64,000 nucleotides of DNA, taken from the NCBI RefSeq assembly GCF_040938485.1, contig NW_027270911.1:682001-746000 (forward strand). The letters run 5' to 3'. Within the stretch, counting starts at the first letter, position 1. Each line of letters starts with the position of its first letter. Of the stretch, positions 53,004 to 63,607 are shown in pieces. Under the pieces are notes generated by a model. That model did no database searches. It saw nothing but the letters and a program-made list of their open reading frames with translations, and was not told the origin of the DNA. This stretch comes from Diadema antillarum. Its lineage: Eukaryota. Both the position numbers and the translations under genes were made by a program.

Positions 53004-53236
53004 AGATAGGATTTTTTCTTCTTTTCATCATGGATAGTGGACATGTGTGTGTAACAAAAAATCACCGTGCAAAGTTGCGACAATTTATACGTCAGATGTG
53101 AGATGAATAGAAATGAATAGGGGGGCCTCAAGAGGCGTTCCCCCCAGGCCTCATGAGGCATGGGGGCGGTCCTCATGAGGCAGGGGGGGGCGGTCCTCGT
53201 ACGCGGGAGCGGTCCTCATGAGCGGGTTTCCCGGAC

Positions 53237-53484
53237 GCGTTTTTTTTTAAGACGGCACAGATTGGGGCATGGCGCGTGTTAAACCTATGGGAAAAACGTT
53301 GGGTTAGGGTTTTTGGTTATGGTTATGGTTAGGGTTAGGGTTAGGGTTGGGGTTAGGGTTAGGGTTAGGGTTAGGGTTAGGGTCTGATGGTTAGGGTTAG
53401 GATTAGGATTAGGGTTAGGTTTAGGGATAGGGTCCCCGATAGATTTTTAGTTTCCCCAATCTGTGCCGTCTAAAAAAAACACGC
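53237..53484. mobile_element. MITE with 31-bp TIRs, 9-bp TSD and near-canonical (TTAGGG)n core (family C)
   Basis: TIRs gcgtttttttttaagacggcacagattgggg / ccccaatctgtgccgtctaaaaaaaacacgc, TSD ttcccggac at 53228-53236 and 53485-53493, core ggttagggttagggttag... at 53300-53432. Confidence 0.9.
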
Positions 53485-54254
53485 TTCCCGGACGCGTGAT
53501 TTGGTACGCAAACAACAATCACTGTATTCTGTAATAAACTTAATCAAAGCTAATCATTAAAGATTTCTGCAAAGTGCACTGCCAACCTCTCTACAAAAGC
53601 GACAGAATAATCATCTTGTTGATTGTGGTCGCTAACCTGGAAGAAGAAGAAAAGGAACAAGAAATGTGAAAGGGGTGCTTTGGGTTTTTAGGTATATCTT
53701 CCCACACACAAGTGAAGCTGTCGGACTATAACGTTACAGCCGTACGGTATTTTAATGGACGACCAGTGCTCTATTGACTGCAGCGCACTGCATGCACTAC
53801 TGAGCAGCGAGAAAAGCAATGATAGTCAAATGACATTTTGTAACATGACAAAATATCTTGCAAATGAAGTGGAAGATAATTACACAGAATATTTACCTGG
53901 TAATTACTCAGGCACTGCTCTAGAATTTGCGAGGTGGTCTGATCTGCCAGCTCTGGACGGACACGTCGCTGCTGCTTGGTATCCCAGGATCGAGTCAGTG
54001 TATGTACGAGTTATCAGCTGATGAAGTGAGTCATGAACGCACGCACCCTGGCCACGGACCGCATACCCTAGGCCCTCACGTTATCAAGAGAACGGTATTA
54101 CGTAACCGCACGTAAAAGACAATGACGATGAGTCAATGCTTTCGGACGTGACTTCCTAAACGGGATCACTGCTCGACAATTCATGCTCTACTAGAATTCT
54201 AACCACGTTACTGTGTTGTATTTTTGTTGTTATATGACAAGCATATATCAAGTG

Positions 54255-57200
54255 ATGGGAACGTTCGTAGTTTCCGTCAAATTAGTAAGCGGGAACCTCT
54301 GTGGGCAAAGAAACGTAAGCTCTGCTCGTTCAATGCTGAATGTTGTGGTCGATCCCTCGCAAAGTGGCAGCTGCCTACGGAATGATGTTGCTCGTCTGTC
54401 GGGCCAGTCTCCCGGTGATATTCGACTAATTTTCGCTGGAAGAGAGATATGCGATGACCATTCAATCAAGGTTTGCATGCGTCCATACTATAATTCTCTC
54501 CAAGTGAGATCCTTTCATGCGAATTTATGCCATCATTGATAAAGATTTCAATGGAAAAAAAAAAAACCACAGTAGAACTATTACAACTGTAGAGTGTCTA
54601 CCTCCTTCTTGCTAAAAGCTTGGCCTTGCTAGTTCATATTTAACACTACAGACTAAGTACAGTCATACTCTATATACTATAGATCTAGTTAATTAAATGA
54701 TACACTCTAAAAAATTGTTTTTGTTTTGTGAAGTGCATTTATTGTCACAAATTCAAGTCAAGAAAGTTTAATCACCTGATCATGACATGTTGCTTTGATT
54801 CCTTTCCGCTATAAAAAAAGGACCTGGAACTAGCGGAGCACACAGTCATCCATGCAGTGCCAGCCATCAGCAGAGACAATTCTGAAGAAGCAGGCAGACC
54901 TGGTCTTGAAGCACATTCTGGTGTTGAGAGGTCTCTAGTAAATTCCACAGGAGTGGAAGTTGAAGGTTGGTTGTAATAGTCTTGTATTTATAGATTACTT
55001 ACAATAAGTCATTACCGATCTATCGACTTGTTATGTTTATCATGATTTTATTGCACATATCATTGTCATGTAATGTATGCTAGTATCATTTTATTTTTGT
55101 TCCTTACTTAATGGTTAGTGTGAATTGCCCGGGTGTGAATAGTAGATCTCATGGCATACAAATTGTATGTATACAATTGTGAACAAGTTAGTCCATAAAT
55201 CATTTGTATAAAGTTGTGTAATTTGTGCTGCAGTATTAGGGTAGCAATATTGTACTTATGAAGGAGAGAGAGAGAGAGAGCTCAGTCAAATTGCTGCATG
55301 TTTCCGTTTTAATTATTTTTATTTTGGTTATATCCATTCTTTATTTCCTACTCTCTCTCCCTCCGTTTATGGGTCTCCCTCTTTTTACTGACTCTTTCTC
55401 TCTCCCTTTCTCGATCTTGATCTCTCTGAGACTGTCATGAGATTATCATCTCTCTCCATCTTTTGTCATGTTAGGTAATGGAACTGAAGACAGCATGCAA
55501 GGATGGAAGTCCTGCTTCCACACGTTCTGCAAGAATCACTGTCGGTCGGTCCAGCGAGGAAGGTTGAGAGTGAGGTGCAATCGATGCAAAGATGATGCCT
55601 TCCTTGTGACCCAGGTGAGGCTGTCCATCTCTTCCTTCAATCCACTACTTTCAAATCCAAACTGTGAAAGTCCTCATGCCACATGTGACTGTGCATTACA
55701 AAACCAACAAAAAGTTGCACACACTGATTTTATGTCAGGACTCGAAATAGACGAGATGGGTCAACCTTGTCAATCTAGAGTTTTTCATATTTTCAAAAAA
55801 AGAAAGACTTCATCTACATCATGGTCAAGTTTTGGATCATGAAACGAATGGGAAATTGTGTTTTTAGTAGTTTTACTAGAACACATATTTTGTAGAGAAG
55901 TGTGATTAGATGTGCCTTCTAGAGTTCCCTTTTCATTTCTTAAAAATCCTTTACACACTCTTCAATTTAAACTCTAATAACTCTTGAAAGGGTGATGCTA
56001 CGTACTGCTTTGAAAGTTGTAAGTACAGTAGTCATGGATAGATTGTGTTAATAGAGCAGGATCAATTTCAGCTTAATCTGATAATCCCTTCATTGTTTAT
56101 ACTGCAGAGTTTCACATCCTGTTATTTGTTCCATTCATTGCACCACTGGCACTGCTTGGAAAGATTAAGTGCTTGAGTAGAACCTGTACTTCAGAGCCTC
56201 TTTTTCTCAGTTTACACTTTTCAGAGTGTGTGCTTTCTTTCCAATATCAGGACAGGTTCGGAGAGTTTATTTGACTTGAGTTATACACTATTTTAAAGCT
56301 TAGAGTGTGCTCTTTCAGGATCTGTCCTTTACTAAAAATCCATGTCTGGCAACTTTTCGTTGGTTTGGTGGTGTAGGGTCACATATAGTTTCTAAACAGT
56401 GACCATAGATCAAAGGTGGAAGTGAGACAACAGGCCAGTGCATCCACCAGAAGTGATATACCAAAGTTGCTCACATACATCTCGATTGTTTTCATTTTAT
56501 TAGATAGTGTATGTGTGTGTATGTATGTGTGTGTATGGGTGTGTATGTGTTTACGTGTGACACACAAGCAAACACGCAATTGTCAAGGGTGATATGCATT
56601 ACATACAATTATGCTGTTACAGGGGCCGTGCAACCGGGGGCAGGGGGCTGGGTGCAACACTTTTGGCTCTTCGGGGGAAAAAGAAAAAGAAAAACTCTAA
56701 AAGAAAAAAAAAAATCACCAAACCTTTGACCTTCTCAAGCTTCCATTCGGAGATTGTTCTTGTCAAAGCAGGGAAACCATTGACCCTTGACTACCCCCCC
56801 CCCCACACACACACAAACATTAAAAAACATTCTGTGGCCCCTCTGTTGTCAGTTGTGTGTGTATAAAACATGTCTGCATTGTTATTTTTTTGTGTGTATG
56901 TCATGTGTTCCCTTTAACTAGGATCCCAGCTGTTGGGAAGATGTTCTACTTCCAGGGAGAATATCGGGAAGCTGTCACGTACTCGGCTGTGGAGGTCACA
57001 AAGCTGTAAGATCACCTTCTCTATTCTTTTCCATTTAATCGATAAAATACACCATATCAAAGTCAGTACCGGTACTTACTATGATTATGTTTTGAAAACA
57101 TGAGTGTAGTCTTGGGCTGTTGCATTTTTAAGGAATTTTTGTTTTGTAATCTCATTACTCAATTACTGGTATTAATTTTCTGTGTGAATTTCCCAGTATA

Positions 57201-60200
57201 CAAGTGTGAAAGTTCTCTTTTCAGGAGTTCTACTTTAAGTGTGGTGGCCATTCAGCATCCATCCAGGATAACATCAGTCCACTGCCCCTTGTGAGAAGCA
57301 ACACTAGGAGAGCCATCTGCATCACTTGTGAGGATGTTTTGTGAGTATCGCTTTTGGTAGAGTATGGTACTTAAAGGTGCATAGTCCCGGTAGTGCAGAG
57401 GGCGCTGTTGATGATACTTCCAATCATCGTTAGCATTGATACGAAGATTACCGAAGTTGAGCTGTCATCAAGAGTAAAGTGCGTAGGTGTTGCTAAGTTA
57501 TGTTGCCTTCGTTGTTTTCTCTGCGCATCGCGCAGTCTGTAGTACTGCCAGGGTGCGTGCATATGTGTTTCTTATTATGACATCACAAAAGAAGTTTGCT
57601 AAAGCTGTCATCCCCGTCAGCGGAATCATGAGCCAAACTGTGATCGGACCACAGTGGATCCGACTTCTTCAGACTAGGGGAAGTGGGCCACAGCGTAAGC
57701 GCTAAAGAGGAGTCGATAGCGTAGGTCTCTATAGGAAACTTGCACCGTGCGCTCGCATACGCATTTGACTAAACCACCAGGACCATGTGCCTTTAAAGCC
57801 GGTCTGCACTGGCCATTATTTTGATGCCAGAACTTTTTGTAAAGAGCGCCATCTATCAAAACTTCCAGTGGCCGGGTTACATCCATAGAACTCTAGTCAG
57901 AACTCTAGTTCTGTGGTTACATCGTTTGTGGCTGATCGCCGCCTGCATGCCAGTCAGCGCACGATCTCACAGCAGCTGTGCGCAGAGCCGAGAGAACACA
58001 CACAAGCAGTGCATAATATGGTGGGGTACCGAGAGCCCAGCCCCGCCCGCCCGGCGCGTCCTCGATCTTTCGGCCGATCGCGAGGGAACGGGTTACTTGT
58101 CGCGAGAGAGATCCGCGACAATCCACTCACTCAACCAAATGACCTACTCGCTATACACCATACCAGCGCAGCGAGCAGAAAAACATCGCTGGGCGGTGAA
58201 TTAGTGTAATGTGGCCGTCGGTTTCTTCGTCGGGCCAGCTGATTGAGATATCTTCATGATGTGCAGTAAAATATTCCTTCAAATTTCATGCTCTTTATTG
58301 AGTTTTCATGAAGTCCAACACGATGAGTGATGAAAGCTCCAGATGCATTTACGAATATCTCTCACACATAAATCTTTGCTACTACTAACAGTTAGACGGT
58401 AAGAGTTATAGATCTAAACGTTAGTAGTAATAGTACTACTACTAGGCCTAGTAGTACCAGAACAAATGTACATGCGGTTCCTATATCTATGTGCTGTCCC
58501 CCTGCCCTAAATATTATTATCACACATGTGAGAAATGACACCAAGCTAATATATCTCGAGATTGCAATTGGGAAACAGATAACATATCGTGAATTGATCA
58601 TGATTTCCCTTCCTAGAAATTTCATTCGACAATTTGTTGAGGCTAGATTAGTGAGGAACAATAACCTTAAATGCTAAAATGAAAACGTTCATACTGATTG
58701 ATAGTGATACTGATAATTAAATATGGCCCGTTATGGATGCGTCTAACGCTACACCGTACACGTTCACTAATTGACTTAATCAGGCCTAGGTCTAGGTCTA
58801 GTCATTAAGTCATCATAGACACTTCTTGTCGTAAGTTGGACGTCAGTATTTATTGTAATAATCACTGAAAAAAATGTGAATAAGGTTGTTTTAAATTTTG
58901 TCATCGTTCATCGCGACGTTATGAAGATCAACGGCAACGCAGCGGTAATTCGAGTAACGGTAACGTTAGTCGTTACCTGGATTTGGAAGGTTATAAATTC
59001 AGCATTCAGTGAATGTCATTTGCAACTGAATAAAAAGTAGGTACAATTGTATATCATACAAGTTGAGTTTCATCCACCTTGGCTTATCAGATGCTTCTGA
59101 CTCAGTCTGAGTGCACGTGGAAACTTTCACGACGGGTTGATCCCGCAATCCTGACACACAGCTTCACTGTAGGCTCGACACCAGTGCTGATGGCAAGATG
59201 CCCAGTGGTGGACATCCAGCAGCTAGCAGATGACCAGCAAAGTCATCCTGCGTTGAATGGCTTGATGGGCTGTCAAGGGCAACGTTTATCTTGTTCATTT
59301 CTTGCCGATAAACAGCTCGCATTTCCTCCCACTGGATCCAGCATTTACCAAGTCGTATCTGCGACATACCGGTACATTGTAATCGCAGATTGAACTTCGA
59401 CACAACGATCAGAATAAACGATCTGAGTGTCGAAGTGTTTGAAAGCACCGAACATACATGCAGATCTATCGCGCATCGCGAAGTGATAAAACACCATTTA
59501 GTGCCAACCTATAATGGTATCGATATCTAGATATTTGTGGTACGTGAATGTATGCAATGGACTGCGCAAGATCATGCGGGAGCGAAGCGAGCCGCTGCTA
59601 GGCTATCCCCTACGGGAACCTGGTGATCTGTGTGTTAAGTCTATGGGAATATCAGAATTCAGTATGGAACGGGTTAATTTTGATGCACGCCGCTAGGCAT
59701 TATGGGAGAAATGCTGGGCACCACAGAGAAAAATGAGCCTTATGATGGCGCTAGACATGTTTCTTACCAATGCAGACCCACTTTAAAGTATAATGAAAGG
59801 CTGCAACCCCCACCCCTTATCACTCTTAGAAAAGTGAATACAGAAATTTAAAAGAAAAATGGCAAACCTGAGAAAACCCGTGAGAGTTACGGCCCAAGAT
59901 TCTTCCATACGGAAAGGGGTGGGAGCTTTGCTCCTTGAAGTGGCCACAATTGAACACAAAACAGCACCCTCCCATTGCAGCTGCATCCTGAAGTGTATTA
60001 TCAAATTATTTGTTTAGTTGTGTCTTTGCATTTTTGCTTTTCATTCATTGCTGATTTCCTATGTAATTTTTTTTTTTTAAACTGTGTATCCCTGTCCTTC
60101 TTATTCATTCTTCCCTTCCCCCAAAGGAACCCAGTGCTGGTCTTTCCCTGTGCAGCATCCCACACCATGTGTCTGGAGTGCTTCAGCCAGTACTGTCGGC

Positions 60201-63200
60201 TTGGCCTCGATGAGAGGAGGTTCATCCACCACTCCGAGGTTGGATACACCCTGCCATGCCCAGGTGAGTGATGAGATGCTGGCAAGATCCTTCCACCCCT
60301 GGTGGAGTGACATTTCCAAGAGAGTTAATCTTTATTTTCTTTAATCAAAAAGCTACAATTCCTTATGTTTTTGTGAGTTCAGCTGCTGTTGCACAATGAA
60401 AATCAAGATTTACAAGCATGGTAACTCATACAGCACAAACTTTTTCAAAATGTTACACTGAAAAGCTGAATAGGGAAGTCTGCTGTAAACTAAGTAGGCC
60501 TATTAAGGAAGGGGAGTTAGGAAGAAATGTTACTCTGCTTTGGTGCCATCCACAAGAAAAAGATTGCAATAAATGTTTCCTTGTTTTTAATTACAGCCGG
60601 TTGCATGGACTCTTTCATATCAGATGCTCATCATTTTCTTGTGCTGGGAAAAGAACAGGTTGGTAGCAGAAGTTTTCTATGCTATTTTTGCCATCATCAT
60701 CTGCATTATACACATCATCATTGTTATTGTTATTATAATTATTATTATTATTATCATCATCATCATCATCATCATCTTTGTAAATAGGTATTATTATTTT
60801 GTATACATGTATGTATATATATATATATATGTATCTTTCATTAATTTGTTTATTCATTTCATCATTTATTTCTTTATTTTAGTTGTTGGGAGGGGAGGAG
60901 GCTGTTGACTGCTTCAGCCTTTAAGCTGAAAGAAAAAATCCACTCCTTGTGAAAGTTGACCACAAAAGGAAGAGTCCAAGAACAGAACAGAACAGAACAG
61001 AACAGAACAGAACAGAACAAGTTTCATAAACATCAGACAAAACATGATGAAAGTTGTGGAAGTTGAATAGGTTGCCACAAAATAATGATACTGGTTGGGG
61101 TCGAATGGTATATTTGTAATAGACAATGTGATGATGTCATTACTTCACAACTGTAACTAACTTTCCCTACCAACTTTCATATATGTACACTGAAAATCTT
61201 TCTCTTCCAGTATGCAAGATACAAACGCTTTGGAGCCGAAGAGTACCTTCTGCAGGAGGGTGGGGTGCTCTGCCCATCCCCTGGGTGTGGGGCTGGCATC
61301 TTGCCAGACTTGGATGACAGGAGGGTGGTGTGCCAACAAGGAGGTGGCCTCGGATGTGGGGTAGGAACAATCCTTTCGAGTTGCAGGCCCTTGTGAAGCC
61401 CTATAGAGTCACCTCGTTCATGTACATTTGTACATTAATTAATTTTTTCCATACAAATGATTGTATGCAAAGTTCAAGTACGCTATCAAAGTTGTTACAG
61501 GTAAAAGTATCCCTTCTCGAATTTGAATAGCAATTTCAGTTGATGGACATTTATTTTGAACAAAGTGGTATACAACTCATTGTAATGAAATTGCTACACA
61601 AATAACATTTTTTATCGCAGTCATATCCAAAATGCATAGCAAATTGCTATGCGATACCAAGAAAATTATTCCCTGTTGTATTATACTACTGCCAAATTCA
61701 TACAAACTATGGTACGTACTTCACAAGCTTTGGCATACATCTGTCTTTTTACCACAGTTTATCTTCTGCCGTGAATGTCACAATGCTTACCACGATGGAG
61801 AGTGCAATCGGCCAGGGGCACCACAGGAAGTCATGGGGCGACCAGGGTCAGAGGTCAACCCAGAGAGGGAGAGGCAGGTGAGATGGGAACGGGAGGAGAG
61901 CGAACGGACCATTGAGCAGACCAGCAAGCCATGCCCAAAGTGTAAGGTGCCTGTGGAACGGAATGGTGAGTTCTAGCTCTGGTAGCTGCTATGTGCCTCA
62001 ATGAAAGCACTGAATAGCATTTATATCATGCAATGAATCTGGACACATTATTGAGACAATTATTTTGCAAGTACATACAAGTGTAGTTAGATTAGAAAGA
62101 TACTTCAAGTTTCATTTTTCAAAGAGCAAAGCTGGCTAGCTCCCACTTTGTAGACGAAATATATATCACACAAGGCAGTGTTTCATTGTTTTATTCACTT
62201 TATCTTTTCGATCTTTTTTTTGTTTGTGTGTGTGTGTGTGTGAAAATAATCTTCAAAAGAACAGATATAATAACATTCTTGTTGGACCCATCACAGTTAT
62301 ACAGGCAAGGACCTGCAACATGATGGTTCTCAAGTACTGCCTGAAATGAATGTTGAATGTTCATAGTAGGGCATGTCTTGTAGTACCATTACCCTATTGG
62401 ACCCATATCCTTCTGTTCTCTTAAAGGGAAATAAAAGATGCAAAGGAATTTCACAAAGTTTCATTTCTTGCCATTAAAAGCATATATGCATCCTTTCCTT
62501 GAATTGTTTTGAAGGATTTGTTTGGACAGACATTATTCTTTATGCCTTTTGGAGAAGTAAGGCCAACGACTCTTCAATTCCATAGAAGTATGAAGTTTTG
62601 TTGATTTTTTTAAATAGTTGCATGATGTAGTACACTTGTGTTAATTGTTGTAGAATTTGCACTGAGAGAGGGCAGCTCATGGAATTGACTGACACTGTGC
62701 AAACTCTAAGTTTTTTGCATGGATTGCCCCATTTCCCACAAACTTTCAGCGAGTGTAACACTTGTCTTTCTCCATGCATTGAATCCACATGAGCAATTTG
62801 GGAAACTTTCCCTTTAAAGGGAAAGCAAACTCAAAGAGCAATGTGGATTGAGTGAAATCAGCAACATTACTAGAACACATCAGCGAAAGTTTGAAGAAAA
62901 TTGGACAATCAATGCAAAAGTTATGAATTTTTAAAGTTTTGGTGTTGGAACCGCTGGATGAGGAGAATACTAGAGGTTATGACGTGTTAGTGGACAACAA
63001 TATAAAGAAAATTCCACAAAAATTCATTTTTCATGAAAATTACTAATTCCATCAATTTGGTACTGACATATGTCAAGGGTAGCAATTATTCCCCCTGCTT
63101 TCTCAAAACGGTTAGTCAAGTGCTTTTTCATAATGGTAGAAAAGTGAATTTTCGTTGAATTTTCTTTATTTATTATTTTCTTTGTATTGTTGTCCACTCA

Positions 63201-63607
63201 TATGTCATAACCTCTAGTAGTCTCCTCATCCAGTGGTTCCAACACCAAAACTTTGAAAATTCATAACTTTTTGCATCAATTGTCCAATTTTCTTCAAACT
63301 TTCACTTATGTGTTCTACTAATGTTGCTGCTTTCACTCAATCCACATTGCTCTTTGGGTTTGCATTCCCTTTAATGGCCTTTTGTAAATAAAGTACCAGC
63401 AACCTTCTCTGAGGGCACCACATTACAGTAGATCTAATTGTTTCTCCTCCTTGCTTCACTGCACTCCATGATGTACTCCAAGGTGGCTGCATGCATATGA
63501 CGTGCAGCCGAGCCCAGTGCAAGTTTGAGTGGTGCTGGCTGTGCGGTATCCCATGGAACTCGGACTGTCTCCAGGACCACTGGTTCAGCACCGGGATGCT
63601 CGGATGA
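54255..63607 (+). CDS. PRKN: E3 ubiquitin-protein ligase parkin (Ubl-RING0-RING1-IBR-REP-RING2), about 460 aa
   Basis: Exons 54255-54470, 54821-54965, 55475-55614, 56922-57005, 57225-57340, 60127-60263, 60597-60658, 61211-61360, 61758-61965 and 63483-63607 total 1383 nt, all GT-AG. Motifs: Ubl [13 protein letters not shown]0 FCKNHC...GRLRVRC and [13 protein letters not shown]1 C..C...[33 protein letters not shown]2 KPCPKC...GGCMHMTC...EWCWLC...DHWF. The true start or first exon is uncertain (see findings). Confidence 0.95.
57375..57792. mobile_element. Kolobok-like non-autonomous element (TTAA TSD, AGG termini)
   Basis: TTAA|aggtgcatagtcc ... ggaccatgtgcct|TTAA. Confidence 0.7.
57797..59782. 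mobile_element. About 2-kb Kolobok-like element (TTAA TSD), no intact transposase seen
   Basis: TTAA|agccggtctgcactgg ... ccaatgcagacccact|TTAA (16-bp TIR, 3 mismatches); CpG-rich interior. Confidence 0.6.
60979..61019. repeat. (AGAAC)n pentanucleotide microsatellite
   Basis: About 8 units. Confidence 0.9.
62818..63370. mobile_element. Kolobok-like MITE with long (about 200 bp) inverted arms, TTAA TSD
   Basis: TTAA|agggaaagcaaactcaaagagcaatgtggattgagtgaaa... matches the reverse complement of ...tttcactcaatccacattgctctttgggtttgcattccct|TTAA; it lies in the last Parkin intron. Confidence 0.85.

Larger units (their letters stand above)
51915..53236. mobile_element. Long-arm foldback element (arms about 205-235 bp) containing nested insertions
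   Basis: 51915-52121 (gtccgggaaacccgctcatgaggaccgc...aatcctatctgg) is the reverse complement of about 53002-53236, allowing small indels. Confidence 0.85.
51238..54254. promoter_or_regulatory. Divergent (head-to-head) intergenic region between FAAH2 and PRKN
   Basis: The FAAH2 ATG is at 51237 (-) and the Parkin Ubl exon starts at about 54253 (+), about 3 kb apart. Promoter activity is inferred from gene orientation only. Confidence 0.6.

Noticed and set aside
53300-53432. True telomere or chromosome-fusion scar
   Set aside because: The array is short, single-orientation and degenerate, and is enclosed by 31-bp TIRs and a 9-bp TSD, so it is transposon cargo.
51238-54254. PACRG gene beside Parkin
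   Set aside because: No PACRG-like translation in any frame, and the interval is mostly explained by repeats.
59079-59448. THAP or transposase remnant inside the 2-kb TTAA element
   Set aside because: No frame shows the THAP C-x-C...W...C-x-x-HF pattern or a DDE motif that I could support.
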